A DNA stretch of 64,000 nucleotides, taken from Hypanus sabinus. Taxonomy: Eukaryota. Each line of letters starts with the position of its first letter. The first letter of the stretch is position 1. The stretch spans positions 145,142,001 to 145,206,000 of the forward strand of contig NC_082710.1 of assembly GCF_030144855.1 (NCBI RefSeq), written 5' to 3'. Under the pieces are notes generated by a model that was not told where the DNA came from, searched no databases, and worked only from the letters and a program-made list of their open reading frames with translations. Below, piece after piece: positions 10,444 to 26,441 of the stretch. A program made the position numbers and the translations under genes.

Positions 10444-13400
10444 CAAGCTCTTTGGAATCTGAAAGTACAAAAGATGCTGTTGATAGAGAGTGGTGAGGTG
10501 GAGATATATCTCTACTAAGGGAAGTGTAAGGTGCTTCTTCCTTCTGCTACAATGTAGGTCACCTTGGGGCAAGATGTAGCACTTGCTCAACCCCCCCCCC
10601 CCCCATCCCACCCTGATCACATGAAGCCATGGGAGCAGGTGATGTATGGTCGTATGAGCAGCTGGTGCACATCACAAGGCCCAGTTATGAAACAACCGTT
10701 GGCATGCAGACTATCCATGAAGAGTCCTGAGAATAGCCAGGGTCACCCATCTTGTAAAGATTCTGCCCAGAAGGCAGCAACGGCAAACCACTTCTGTAGA
10801 AAAATTTGCTAAGAACAATCATGGGCATGGAAGGACTGTGCCCTCATTGTATGACATGGTACATAACAAACCAGCTATTGATAGAAACTCAAAGGACTTG
10901 CAAGGTGACTGACTGGAGGAAATGGGTGATGTAAGGAACATGGAACCATAAGACCATGTCTACAGCTCAGGACTGAAAACCTTTTATATTCACTTTTCAC
11001 GCCACTGGCAAGAATGCAGAAGGGACTGTCTGAAGAACTATCTGAAAAATCATCCCAAATCAAACCAAAGACATTCTCTAGTTTGATGCTACAGACAGCT
11101 ACACATTAAGAACTTAACCTGTCATGCCTTCAGTGAAATCATAGTGGTGTTATTCAGTCAACTGCTCCTGGATTTAGTGATAGCTTCCAGGTACTAAACT
11201 TCAAACAGCTTCAATTTCCCTAATGATTATGTGATATTTTGTAACAAAAATAACTTACTATTTAGAACATTTCCATACATCTTATTCTCATTGATTTCCA
11301 CAGATCAATTAATGAAGATTTTGTAGCAAACTGACTATTAGAATTCTGCACTCTCAACTCACAAATCTGCAGGAAATTAAGTTTTTGATGTGAAAGAACT
11401 GACAGATTTAATTCTTCTGAATGAACCATGCAGCTTTGAAAACATTAATTCAAAGAAAAAATATTAATTGATGTTATTGTTATAAAATATACGAATGCCA
11501 GAAATCATTTAGCTAGTGCCAGCAGATTAGCATTACTATAACTGCATGGATAATTAGCTAAAGAGGGATTGACTGAATATTGTCAAATCTGTCTCTCCTT
11601 CCCTTTGCTGAAACTGTAGTTACTGAATTATCCTAGAGTGCAGCAAACACATTTATAGATTTGTCCAAAGCTCCACATTTTGACCTTGTGGTTTAGGCGA
11701 GTCTTAGATGTTGTCCTGGGAAATATTAACAGTTTTCAAGAACATTTTTGCTTGATTTGTCAGTTTTGTTAATTTAAAAATGCACCTTGTGGGACTTATG
11801 AATTATGGTACTGCTTTAAGTATATATTATACAAGTATAGTCATGTTTTTATAATATTCTTCCATCAACACACCTTATTGTGCAGATAACATCAAATTCT
11901 AAGGATAATGTGCATAGCCTTAAAATTATACATTTTGCTCAAATTCACTTACTGCTACTAGGGATGGAAAATCTACTCAGTTTTAATTTGACAGTTTATT
12001 TCTTCTGTCATTTTATTCTGCTTCCCCCCACCCCCCCCAAAAAAATGCAATCCAAGCCTTAAGTCCGGTTCTTATCAGAAACGAACACTTGACATCGTTA
12101 ATTTTTAAGACAGTTTTCAGATCCTATGGGTTCACGGGCAGTAAGAAAAACCAAAGGTGATACATGTAGCAATGCTTGTTTGGTGATATAGTAATAGACT
12201 AGGGATTCAGATTCCAGGAATGATCTAGCAATATAAGGTTTATAGTTAAAAACTTAAATTGACAATGGCATCATTCATGTGTGCATAAGAAATGGGAGCA
12301 GGAGACAGCTATTTGCATTGAGACTTTCGTTATTCAGGTTCACGGCTAGCCTTCCCCCTTTATTCCCTTGATGTCTCAAAATCTATCCATCTGTCCTAAA
12401 TGAACTCAGTGACCCAAGTCTCCAGGGGTAGAGATTTCCAGAGGTTCAGCAACATCTCAGTCAAGATATTTCTCATCTCATTCCTAAGTGACTCCACTTT
12501 TTCCTCAAACGTCACCGCAGGTTCTGGACCTCAGCTGCCTCCCCCAGCTTGTCGAGCCCTGTAAGGATTCTTCAGTGAGGCTGCCTCTCAGTTGTCTGAA
12601 CTGCAGAGAATTCAGGCCCAGTTGACCCCAAATCTCCTCATACAGGAAACCCACCATTCCTGGGACCAATGTTGGGAATTTTTCCTACACTCACTCCACA
12701 GCAAATGCTTCCTTTCTCAGGTGAGGAGGCAAAAAAAAATATTGAAAGGGAACAGTCTCCATGTCAATAGACAATAGACAAGAGGTGCAGAAGTAGACCA
12801 TTCGGCCCCTCGAGTCTGCACCGCCATTCTGAGATCATGGCTGATCATTCACTATCAATAGTCTGTGCAATGGAACATCAATCTCTTTGTACTGAACCAA
12901 GCCCTTGATAAGGAAGAATTCCTTCAGCCAGAGGGTAATGAATCTGTAGAATTCATTGCCACAGATTGTGTGGAGACCAAGTCATTGGGCATATTTAAAG
13001 TGAGGGTTGATAGGTTCTTGATTAATTAGGACAAAGGTTACAGAGAGAAGGCAGAGGAACAGGATTGAGAAGGAAAATAAATAAGCCATGATTGAACGGC
13101 TGAATCCTGCTCTTATGGCAAGACCGAGTAGGGACTGATGTGCAGCTGTTACCTCACATCACGAGCATTCACGAATCAGCATCTCTTACTTATTTGAAAT
13201 GGAGTGGAAGTAACTCATCCTTGATCCTGTGGGTCTGTCCAAGGAGGGACAGGTAAATGCTGATGTTTCTTCTTATAAGGGAGCTGGTGACACTGCTACC
13301 TCAGCTGGGAGAGGTACTGCTGTCTTACTTCTCCACTATGCCCAGTTCAGGCTAACCTCTGTTTCCATCCCTGTGGAGTCTGCACATTGCCCATGTGACT

Positions 13401-15956
13401 GTGTGAGGTTCCCATGGATGCTCCGATTTCCTCCCACAAAGCCATGGGAGTTGGCAATTTATCATTTGCTGTAGGTTGTTCCTGATTTGTAGGTGATTGG
13501 TAGTAAATAGAAAAGTGGTAATAAAATGCATTAAGGTAGAATGAAGAAGGTTGATAGTCAGACACAATGGACTGAAGGACCATTTCCACACTGTATCCCT
13601 TTTTCTCAAGGAGTGGAGAAAATGGAGTGTTTGCCCCCACAGGCAAGAGGTGACTAAAAATCAGCTTTATTTGTCACATGTACATTGAAACATACAGTTA
13701 AATGAATTCTTTGCATCAACAACCAACAGTCTAATATGTGCTGGGGGCAGCCCACAAGTGTTGTCATGGCTTCCAGTGTGAAAATAGTATGTCCACAGCT
13801 CACTCATTTTAACCTTTACTACTTTGGAATACATGGGAAAACCTGAGAACCTGGAGGAAATCTATGCGGTCACAGGGAGAAAGTATAAACTCCTTATAGA
13901 CAGGAGTGGAAGTGAACTCAAGTTGCAGACATTGTAAAGAATTACTTTAACCTCTATGCTACCATGCTGCCCTGGGAGAGAGCAGAGTGGAAGTGAAGGG
14001 GAAGCTGGATAAACGAGAGGGAGAGCAGTGAGAGGAGGTCGATGCCAAGCAGAATTAACAATGCACTGGAGGAGACATTCAGCCCTTAAAACCTGTTCTT
14101 TCATTCAGGAAGATTATGGTTGTTCTACGATCCAAGATATGAACTAAACTGGAAAAATTCAGTATCATGTGATCACTTCAAGAACATGGCTAAACACTAT
14201 GAAATTGCAAGGGTCGCCAAACTAGCAGGATTAAGACGTGACAATTTATCAATAGCACATCACAACTCAAAATACAAGCAACTAATTGTGTTGCTGGTCG
14301 GGAAACACCTCTGGAGAGAAGTCATGGGGCATCACCCTGGTAGAGGAGATAGCTACGCTGCCTCTGGGAATTACTGGGAGGATTCTGAAGATACATTGTT
14401 AAGGCAGCAAACAAAAAAAAACACTAAGCAACTCACTTGTATATATCCTAATTCTTTTCATAAGCTGATTTAATTTTAAAAAGCAACAAGAAGTGGCAAT
14501 GAATAATCAGTTGAGTAGAATTTCCTTTCTAAGAATAAATTAGATTATAAAATGCTGTTAGATGCCACAGGCTATTCCTCACGTCCCAAAGCAAGTCAAT
14601 TGAATATAACAGCACAGTTGCCCAAGAGAATACTTTCACAGATTATAGCAATTTACTTTATTCTGTTTCTGACCTCGCTGATGTGAGTGCCTTCACTTTG
14701 CCTCAATGTCTCATCTCATCCTACATTGAAATTGCAAATGTCAAATGGAAAGCTTTGATTTGCTAGCTTGCTCAAGACATCTTACTGCAGTTGCTCAGGG
14801 CTTTGTTGACACCATACAGGTAGTACAGGATCTCTCATTTTCTTCTCCAAGCCCCTCAGCTTCTCTTCCCCTTTATATTACTCCTGAACACCTCCCACTG
14901 CAGCCAAGTACATGCAACTGTCTTCACTGGGGGCAATCAGCAGCTTTGCGTGGAATGGGCTGCCGGCAACGGTGGTGGAGGCGGATACGATAGGGTCTTT
15001 TAAGAAACGTATGGATAGGTACATGGAGCTTAGAAAACTAGAGGGCTATGGGTAACCCTAGTAACTTCTAGGGTAGGGACATGTTCGGCACAACTTTGTG
15101 GGCTGAAGGGCCTGTATTGTGCTGCAGGTTTTCTATGTTTCAACTCCTGGGTGTTAACCTACTGGATAACTTGTCACAGATACAATTACAAGGAAAGCAC
15201 GGCAGCATTTTTACTTTATTAGGTGGCTCAGCATGTCACTGAACTAACAAACTTTTGCAGATGTACTGTTGAAAGTATTCTAACTGACTGCATCAGTCTG
15301 GTACAGCAATTCACATTTGTAGGATTGCAAGAAGCTGCAAGGAGTAGTGGTCTCTAACACATCATGGGCACATCCCTTCCTACCAATGGTAGTATCTACA
15401 GTAGGCACTGTATCAAGGAGGTAAATGCTATGAAACGTCCCGTCACCTGGCTATCCCAATTTCTCACTGCTACCATTGAGTAGGAGATACAGAAGCCTAA
15501 GGCCCCATACCACCAGATTACCTTCAACCATTCAGTTCTTAAAACAATCAGCACAACCCTAATCACTACCAAGCAGCAACATAACCACTTTGATCACCTT
15601 GAACTAAAATCAATTTATTTGTTTCTTAATGATCTTTCTTATATTAAAAAAATGTAGAATTTGTATTTTTTTGTTGTGCATGTTGTGTATCTGATGCTAT
15701 GTGCCCGAGATGCCTCTGCAAGCAAGTCTTTCATTACACCCATATGTACATGCATTTCTGCACATGGCAATAACTTGACTAACTTTGCCTGCCCCAACAC
15801 CTCGCGATGTGGGTTAGGATATGCTTTGACCAAAGTTTTTATTAAGAAACTACACTGAAGATGGCATACAAATCCAAGTCACTGAGGGCTACATACTTCA
15901 GTAGAAAGGCCTTAACTCTTAGGAGAAACATCAACATCCTCTAACCATACCACTCA

Positions 15957-16145
<189 letters not shown>

Positions 16146-16439
16146 TCAATGGCTACCACAGTTCTAGGACTGTTAAGGTGGGAAGGGTGTGATCTTGCAG
16201 AATAATTCCAGGAATGAAGGACTCCAGTTGTAAAGGAGAGACTGAAAAGTCAGAGGTATGATCCTTAGAGAGGACATGGTTAAGGGGAGATTTAATGGAG
16301 GTAATCACAATCAGCAAGGATTCTAATGAAGTACTCAAAACTGTTTACAATGAGGACAACAGAATGGTGTAGCTGGTAGTGCTGCTGCCTCACAGCTCCC
16401 GAGAACCTAGTTCAACCCTGACCTCTTGTGCTGTGTGGA

Positions 16440-17700
16440 ACATAGAACAGTACATTAGTACAAGCTCTTCGGCCATCTAAGTTGTGCTGACCTTTTAACC
16501 TACTGCACAATCAACCCAACCCTTTCCTCCCACATAGTCATCCATTTTTCTTTCATTCATTTCCCTAAGTGTCTCTTAAAATATCCCTTATGAATTTCAT
16601 TTCCAGTACTCTAGAAATAAATGCTAACATTGCATTTCCACAGTAGCTTTCCTCACTGTTCACTACACTCCCAATCTTGGTGTCATCCGCAAATTAGTTG
16701 ATCCAATTAACCATATCATCACCCAGATCATTGATATTGATGACAAAGAACAACTGACCTGTCACTGATCCCTGCGACACTTCACTAGTCACAGGCCTCC
16801 AATCAGACAGGCAACGATTTACAATCACTCTCTGGCTTCTGCCACAAAACCAATGTCTAATCCAATCCTCATCTTGAATGCCGAGCGACAGAACCTTTGT
16901 GACCACCCTCCCATGCAGGACCTTGTCAAATGCCTTGCTAACGTCCACGCAGACAACATCCACTGCCTTGCCTTCATCCACTTTCCTGGTAACTTCCTCA
17001 AAAAAAACTCTGCAAGACTGGTTAGATGTGATGTACTACGCACAAAGCCATGCTGAGTATCTTTAATCAGTGCACATCTACCCAAATACTTACATAACCG
17101 GTCCCTTAGAGTAACTTCCAAAAACTTTTCCACAACTGATGACAGACTCACAGGCCAATAATTTCCTGGTTTCTGTTTACAGCCTTTCTTAAACAGCAGA
17201 AAAATATTGGCTATCCTCCAATCCTCTGGTACCCCTCCTGTCACTAAGAATGATTTAAATATCTCTGTGATGGCCCAACAATTTCTGCACTTGCCTCCCA
17301 TAAGGTCTAAGGGAACACCTCATCAGGTCCAGGGGAATTATCCACCGATTCACCTCAGGACAGGAAACACTGTATAAAGTCCATGAAATTAATGTCACAT
17401 TGCCTCACTTCTATAGACTCTGTGTCTGTCTCCTGAGTCAATACAGATGTAAAAAATTTATTTAAGATCTCCCCCATTTCTTTTGCCTCCAAACATGAAT
17501 TACTATTCAGTCTTCCAGAGGACCAATTTTGTCCCTTGGAATCCTTTTGTTCTTAAGATATCTGTAGAATTCCTAAAGATTCTCCTTCGCTTGGTCTGCT
17601 AGGGCAACTTCATGCCTTCCTTTAGCCCTCATGATTTCTATAAGTGTTCTCTTGCATTTTTTATACTCCACAAGCACCTCACTTGTTTCTACCAGCCTAT
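16440..17700 (-). mobile_element. CR1 LINE RT fragment
   Basis: VPEDWRIANIFLLFKKG..KPGNYWPVSLSSVVEKFLE, QHGF, DVSKAFDKV, SQGSVTG.LF motifs. Confidence 0.9.
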
Positions 17701-17956
17701 ATCTCCTCTTTAACCAGGGCCTCAATATCTCTTGAAAAACCAAGGTTCCCTACACTTGTTATCTTTACCTTTTATTCACCTCATTTAAGTCACCTCTCGT
17801 TGTCCTTCATTATAAAGAGAAGAGCCCTAGCTCAGTCAACCTTTCCCTATAAGACATGTTTTCTAACCCAGACAGCATCCTGGTACATCTCCTCTGCACC
17901 TTCTCTAAAGCTTCCACGTCCTTCCTATAATGGGGTGATCAGAACTGAACCTACTT

Positions 17957-18804
17957 CAGGTTTGCCCGCTATCTGAATGTAGAGAGTTCCTATGAAACCT
18001 TTCATAAGCCGAAATGGCATAAAGCGAAGAAGCAATTACCATTAATTTAAATGGGAAAAATGTTTGAGCGTTCCCAGACCCAAAAAATAATCTACCAAGT
18101 AACACACAAAACCTAAAATAACACTAATGTATAGTAAAAGCAGGAATGATATGATAAATACACAGCCTATATAAAGTAGAAATAATGTATGTACAGTGTA
18201 GTTTCACTTACGACAATCGCAATTACACCCATCAGTGCATTCAAACTATAGACTTTCCATTTTATCCATTACTAGATGCCGACTAAAAGAGACCACTTTG
18301 CTACTAGCAGAACCAATAGTAACATTGGCAGCTTTCAAGATTCCTTCTCTGCGTGTAAATAGTACGAATGGTGGACACAGGCAAGTTCAACGCACATACA
18401 ACGCCCTTATTTCGTTCACCATAATCGAAGTGTTTAATTATGTCCAGTTTTACACTAAGCGTAACACCCTTACAATCTCTCTTAGATTTTTCTGATACCT
18501 TAGGACACATCTTGCTAACGGATGCACAAAATACATTGAGATAAAGCACAGATGCTCACAGACGCATTTCTGAGCTATGGCGGCTTGCTGAGAAGCTGAG
18601 TGTAGTTCCCGGGGAAGGAGCTTGGCAGCGCAGCTCGGGGTGTGCGCTGCCTCTATAACGGCTGACTGCAAAACAAATGCTGAACGCTATTTTCGCTTTT
18701 CTCGTAGAAGCAAAAATCTTCTTCAGATTTCTTTCAGTTAGCGAAAACAAGTACTAACATAGGTCTTTCGTAAAAGCGAGCTTTCGTAAAGCAGGGGATA
18801 CATG
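17957..18804 (-). mobile_element. Internally deleted Tigger/pogo element nested in a CR1 fragment
   Basis: TIR-like ends CAGGTTTGCCCGCT.. / ..AGCAGGGGATACATG followed by TA. CENP-B-type HTH remnant (VTLSVKLDIIKHFDYGERNKGVVCALNLPVSTIRTI). Host CR1 sequence (cagaactgaac...tactccaagtgtggtct) continues across it. Confidence 0.8.
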
Positions 18805-20334
18805 TACTCCAAGTGTGGTCTAACCAGAGTTTTATAAAAATCGCAACATTACCTTGGGATTCTTGAACCTAATCCTGTGACTAATGAAGGCCAACATAAC
18901 ATACATCATCTTAACCACCCTATCAACTTGTGCAACAGCTTAGAGGGACATAAGTTGGAATGTTCTCATTGTGACAGTGTGAGTTGCCTCTGGGTGATCC
19001 TTTTTCCTCTGATATGCTGAAAATGTGAGGGATGTGGTAAGTTACCTCTGAGTGCGTGGAGGGGTGGCAGAATTTATGGGGGTGGGTTTGATACAAATGT
19101 GGGAAGAATAAAAGGCATTAGGGTAGGATTCATGTCAGCTCATCATCGGTCGTGATCAACCATAGATATTGTGTGCCAGCTGTCTATCAGATACAGTACA
19201 ATACAGAAAGCAAGCTGCTGGCCTTGCAGCAGGCATCTCCTCTCCAAACAGCTGATTAATCCAAAGGAACTGTATGGGCCAGTTTGGCACCAGTGGTTAT
19301 CACAAGAGTTGCCAGTGTTGAACTCCATGTAGGACCGCCTTAAGAGCTCCAGCTCCAGCTCCATATTTTTCTCTCAGTGTTTACTCCCAAAGCCTTCCCC
19401 ATGAGTGGGTATAGCAAGGCAGCGGAGGTTTGAGATCAAAGTTTTTCCTCTCCTAGATAAGCGGCCAACTGTGGCTGACCAGCCTCATCTGCTCAAAGCA
19501 ACTGGTTTTAAGGTGCTGCCTTCGCTCCTCCTGTCAGCAGAAACGGTTCTGCCGGGCTTAATAGCTAAGCCATACGTGAGGGCCAGGAGCTGGACTTGAC
19601 TGTCAGAGGCCACCTGAGACACACACCATTGGAACATATCCCCACTAGCTCCCCCCAGCTATGACAACTTTATGGAACCAGGATTTGTCTAGAAATAAGT
19701 GTTAGTGCGGATGCAGTGGTCTGAGGCACTTGATTCCATTTGTGTAACTATGGCTACAAGCGTAACAGTACTATTTGGAAAGCACTTTTAAAAGCCAGTA
19801 ATGCATGGTGACCAAATGATCTTCTCCTGTGGAAAATTATGATGTCATGGAGTAACTTAATTCATCTGAACTATTATTTTAATGTGCTTCAATGCACTTC
19901 GACAACAGTACATTGTACTGAGGGCCAGGAGCAATAGAAGTGGTAGGTGGAAGGATTGTTAGATATTAGACCAAGGCCTCCAGGAATACAAGTTGTCTCA
20001 TGCCATTATTTCAAGAACTGCAAGTTCTCTGAACCCAATACTGATCCCTCACACATTGTCACTGAAACACTGATCATCAGCATCCCCGACATTCTCTCCC
20101 ATCCCCCCCCCAAAAAAAAACCCCCAATAGGATACAAAAGTCTGAGACTTAGATAAAAGCATGGATAAAAGAAAAATGGAGGGCTACGTGGGAAGAAGGG
20201 TTAGATTTGATCTTGGAGTAAGTCAAAAGGTTGGTGCAACACTGTGGGCTGTGTTGTGTTCTTTGAAAGTACATACTACTAGGCCCAAGGGCAGCTTCTA
20301 TCCCAGACTATTGAACAGACCTCCTGTATGATAG

Positions 20335-20913
<579 letters not shown>

Positions 20914-20979
20914 TGATTTACTGTGGAAATATGTGTAAATAAAACTCATTCCAAAAAAAAAAAAAAAAAAAAGACTATA

Positions 20980-23390
20980 AAACACAAGAGCAGAATTAGG
21001 CCTTTTGGTCCATTGAGTCAGCTCTGCCATTCCATCATGGCTGATTTATTATCCCCTTCAACCTCATTCTCCTGCCTTCTCCCCATAACCTTTGACACAC
21101 TTACTAATCAAGAACCTATCAGTTTCCACTTTAAATATACCCAATGACTTGGCATCCACAACAGTCCATGGCAATGAATTCCATAGATTCACTACCCTCT
21201 AAAGCAGGGGTGGCCCACCTTTTCCATGCATCAATTTTTTCACTCACGAGGTCTATATTAACACATTTTTACAAGAGTTGAATGGGGGTACAAGAGTCGT
21301 ATGGCGCACCTGAACTTGTGCATGAAAAAATTGACACATGGAATGTAAAAGGTTGGCCACCCCTGCTCTAAAGAAATTCCTTGTCATCTCTGTTCTAATG
21401 GACGTCCCTGTATTCTGAGGCTGTTCCCTCAGGTCCTAGATTCCCTACTAAAAGAAACATCTCTCCACATCCACTCTAACGAGGCCTTTCAATATTCAAC
21501 AGATTTCAATGAGATAACCCTTCACTCTTCTAAACTCTAGCAAGTATAGGCCCAGAGCCATCAAACACTCCTCCACTTTATTCCCAGAGTCATTCTCGTG
21601 AACTTCCTCTGGACCCACTTCAATGCTAGCACACCTTTTCTTACACAGGGGGCCCAAAACTGTTCATCATACTCCAAGTGCAGTTGGACCAATGCCTTAT
21701 AAAGCCTCAGCACTTTTTATTTATTGAGATACAGCACGGAATAGGCCCTTCCAGCCCTTTGAGCTATGCCGCCCAGCAATCCCCCAACTTAATCCTAGTC
21801 TAATCATGGGAGAATGATCAATTAACCGGTACATCTTTGAACTTTGGGAGGAAACCAGAGTACCTGGAGGAAACCCATGCAATCACAGGGAGAACGTACA
21901 AACTTCTTACAGGCAGCAGTGGGAAGGAGTTCATTTAGAATTTCATTACTAGTACTCTAGAAATAAATGCTAACATTACATTTCCTCACCACTGACTCAA
22001 CCTGCAAATTAACCATGAGGGAATCCTGCACGAAGACTCCCAACTCCCTTTGCACCTCTGATTTTTGAATTTTCTCCTTGTTTAGAAAAAGTTGATACCT
22101 TTATTCCTTTTACTAAAGTGAATGACTATACACTGTATTCCATCTGCCACTTCTTTGCCCACTCTGCCAATCTGTCCAAGGCCTTCTGCAGACTCCGTAC
22201 TTCCTCAACGCTACGTGCCATCTTTCTTTGCATCGTCCCCAAACTTGGCCAATAAGCCATAAATTCAGTCATTTAAATCACTGACATATAAATTGAAAAA
22301 AGTGACCCAACTCCAATTCCTCCAGAACACCACTAGTCACTGGCAGTCAATCAGAAAAGACTCCCTTCATTCCCACTCCTTGCCTCCTGCTAGTCAGCCA
22401 ATCTTCTATCCATACTAGTATATTTCCTGTAATACCATTGGATCTTATCTTGTTAATCAGCTTAATTTGTGGTACCTTGTCAAAGGCCTTCTGAAAATCA
22501 AAGTAAACAACATCCATTGACTCTCTTGTCTATCCTGTCTGTAATTTCATAAAAGAATTCCAACATACATATTTGTCAGGCAAGACCATGCTGACTTTGG
22601 GCTTTTATCAATTGCCTCCAAGTACCCTGAAACCTTATCCTTAATAATGGACTCCAACATCTTCCCAACCATTGAAGTCATACTAACTAACCTATAATTT
22701 CCTTTTTTTCCCCAGCCCCTCCTCCCATCTTGACATCTTCTAGCCCTCCACAACCACTCCATAATCTAGCGATTCTTGAAAGATCTTACTAATGCATACA
22801 CAGTCTCTTCATCTATCTTGGGGTGTAATCCATCTGATCCAAGTGGCTTAGCTACCTTCAGAACTTTCAGCTTCCCAAGCACCTTCTCCTTAGTAACAGC
22901 AACTACATTCACTTCCGCCCGAAACACTTGAACTTCTGGCACACTGATGCAAAATACTTAAGTTCATCTGCCATTTCTTTGTCCCCTACAACTTGCTCTC
23001 CAGCATCATTTTCCAGTGGTCCAATATCCACTCTTGACTCTTTTGCTCTTTGTACATCTGGGAAAAAAAATGTTTCGTGTCCTCTTATATTATTGGTTAG
23101 CTTACCTTTACATTTAATTTTTCTCTCTCCTTACGGCGCTTTTTAGTTGCCTTCTCTTGGCATTTAAAAGCTTCCCAATCCTCTAACTTCCCACTAATTC
23201 TTGCTATATTAAATGCCCTCTTTTTTTCCTTTTATGTTGTCTTTGACTTACCTTGTTAGCCACAGTTGCATCATCCTCCCTTTAAAATACTTCATCGCTG
23301 GGATGCATCTATCTTGCACCTTCCAAATTACTCCCAGAAACTCCAGTCACTGCTGTCTGCATTCATTCCTGCCAGTGTTCTCTTCCATCA
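20980..23390 (-). mobile_element. CR1 LINE (3' end to RT region), interrupted by a MITE and SINE pieces
   Basis: 3' end gagcagaattaggcc..ccattccatcatggctgat; KKGNYRLVSMTSMVGKMLESIIKD motif. Confidence 0.85.
21205..21365. mobile_element. hAT (Charlie-like) MITE, 161 bp
   Basis: TIRs CAGGGGTGGCCCACCTTTT / AAAAGGTTGGCCACCCCTG; perfect 8-bp TSD CTCTAAAG at 21197-21204 and 21366-21373. Confidence 0.92.
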
Positions 23391-25054
23391 TTATTACTAT
23401 ATGGGGTCCCATGGTAACAGTGGTTAGCACATTGCTTTACAGTACAGGCGACCTCGGTTCAATTCCTGTTGCTGTCTGTAAGAAGTTTATATCTTCTCCC
23501 TGTGACCACATGGATTTCCGCCAGATGCTCCGGTTTCCTCCCACAGGCCAAAGATGAACTGGATGGTAGGTTAATTGGTTATTGTAAATTGTTCCATGAG
23601 TAAATTGGAGGATTGCTGGGCAGCATGGCTCGAAGTGCTGGAAGGGTCTATTCTGTGCTCTACCTCCATAAATAAATAAGCTAATATTTCGTTTAGTAGT
23701 CTGGGACATCCTGACGGGAAGGGGTTTTAGCAATGACTGCCTCATTTGTCTGAGATGTTGTGCAAACCAGGATTTCTGCATTTTATTATCCTTGTGGTGA
23801 CATGAAAGAGGGACAGTGTTGAAGACTGGAGGACATACAAAAATCTTCACTACCATCAGTGCACAAACTTGGATCAGACGATGGCTCTGGGCAAGCCAAT
23901 CATTATTGGCAGGATTCGTAGTGATCTTTGCACATCCTCCTATGGAGCCAAGGCATCGTTTATTCCAGTCTCATGAATTATCTCCACTCTGAACAAGAGT
24001 TTATACACCATTGCCAAGTCAAAAACACATCTATTCTTCCTGGGATGTGAGAAGCTACAATTCATACTCTTGTTCATTAAATGCAGTTCATTATAGCACA
24101 ATCAATGAACCTAATTTGAATCTCAGAACTAATCCAACTTTCAGTTCTAAAAAAAAGCTAATTCCGTGGAGTTACAATTTGACTGATAAATGCCCATGAA
24201 GGAATCAATCAGGTTGGTGGCTGGAGTGTATCCATCTACATGGGCTTAGATCTTTCAGTCATCTCACCATTGATACTCCCACTGTCTCGTTGCATCGACA
24301 TCAGATGCAGTCACACCTCTAATCATGAAAGCAGGCCACTCAGTCCTCCATGTACACAATAACCAGGGATCACGCAATCATATTAATCCCATCTCCTAGC
24401 TCTTGCCCCATAGCTTTCCATACCAGGATGATTCAAGCGTTCAAGTCTTGTTGTGACTCTGCTTCCACCATTCTCTGGGTGAAGGTGGTCCCCTACCTAA
24501 AATATGTGTCCTCTAACTATCTCTGATATGGAAATAAGTTCCTTGCAGTTTACCCTATTCACAACCCTCAATTTTGCATATCTCAGTCATATTCCCTCAA
24601 CCGCCCCTGCTCCAGGGCGAACAGACCCTGCCACTCCAGTCTGTCCTCATAACCGAAATGCTCCATGCCAGCAAGATCTTGGTAAATCTCCTCTGCATCC
24701 TCTCCACAGATGTCACATCCTTCCTGTAGTGTGGTGTCAGAACTGCACACAATTCTCCAGTCAAGGTTTGAGCAAGCTTTTATAAATTATAAAAAGAGCA
24801 TAACCTCTTGGCTCTTGTATTCACTGCCCCAACTGATGAAGTCCAGTATTCCAAATGCCTACCAATCTACATTATCTACCTGGGATGCCACCTTCAAGGA
24901 TCTTTGGTCTCTGTTCCTAAATACTGTGTCCTTACCACTCACAGTGTATATCCTAGCCTCATTTGAAATTCTAAAATACATCCGCACAAAAATATCAGAA
25001 TTATCTCTGCCGATTTCACCAACACAGTTATCACCAGTTCCCTCCAGACTGGTA

Positions 25055-25480
25055 ATGGAGACTTCTCTAACTTCCATTAATGCCCCCCCTCCCCTTCTTA
25101 CCCCATCCCTGATATATTTAGTTTTTTCTCCCCCTCCCCTTTTTTCCTCTGTCCGCCTGTTCTCTCTCTGGTGCTCCCCTCTCCCTTTCTTTCTCCCAAA
25201 GCCTCCCCTCCCATGATTCTTTCCCTTCTCCAGCTCTGTATCCCTTTTGCCAATCACCTTTCCAGCTCTTAGCTTCATCCCACCCTCTGGTCTTCTATCA
25301 TTTCACATTTCAACCTCCTCCTCCTACTTTCAAATCTATCTTTCCTTTCAGTTAGTCCTGACGAAGAGTCTCAGCCCAAAACGTCAACAGTGCTTCTTCC
25401 TATAGATGCTGCCTGGCCTGCTGCGTTCCACCAGCATTTTGTGTGTTGCTTGAATTTCCAGCATCTGCAGATTTCCTCAT
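25055..25480 (+). mobile_element. Penelope pLTR/3' fragment
   Basis: Reverse-complement match to bases 1-70; CT-rich tract; HHR-like motif 25354-25390; conserved gatgctgcctggcctgctgcgttccaccagc tail. Confidence 0.8.
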
Positions 25481-26225
25481 GTTGACATCAACTCACGAGT
25501 TTATTGGCCATTCTAGTCAACGGCTCCCACCCCTTGATAACATCTCCTGAAATCACCGTTGGTTTCCACATACACAGTGATGACACCCAACTCAGTTCCC
25601 AAAAGCTCTCCCCTCTCTCCACATTTATACTGCAGTCTCTGCCAAAACCATTACATCTCCTCAGCAAAAAAACACTATTGCAGGATCTCAGCGGGCTACA
25701 CAGCATCTGTATATGGAAATGCCTAACATTTTGGGTCAAACGCCTATCAGAAACATTCCAACATCTGCACAGCACCTCTTTTTGGGGCTCCCTGTCAATT
25801 TCTGGCAACACAGGAGACTGCAGATGTTGGAATCCAACCAAAAAAAAAACACAAACTGCTGGAGGGACTTCACTGGGTCAACCAGTATTTGTGGAGGGAA
25901 ATGGACAGTCAGGTTTTAGGTTGGGTCCAGGTGAAAGTTCTCAACCAAAACATCTACTGTTTATTTCCTTCCACAGATGCTGCCTGACCCACTGAGTTCC
26001 TCTAGCATCTTGTGTTGTTCCTCGTCTATTTTTAATTGGCAAGTACAACATGGGCGTAGAAGTTGGCCCTCAGCCCCCATATTCAGCAAGAACGCAGCTC
26101 ATGTTATACTTGGTAACCTTTCGCTGATAAAACTTCTGTCACTGCACCTGTGGGCAGTTTACCCTAAGAACTATGCACTTCATTACGATGTAGGATACTC
26201 AGCCCATCTAGTCTATGCCAGCTCA

Positions 26226-26441
<216 letters not shown>

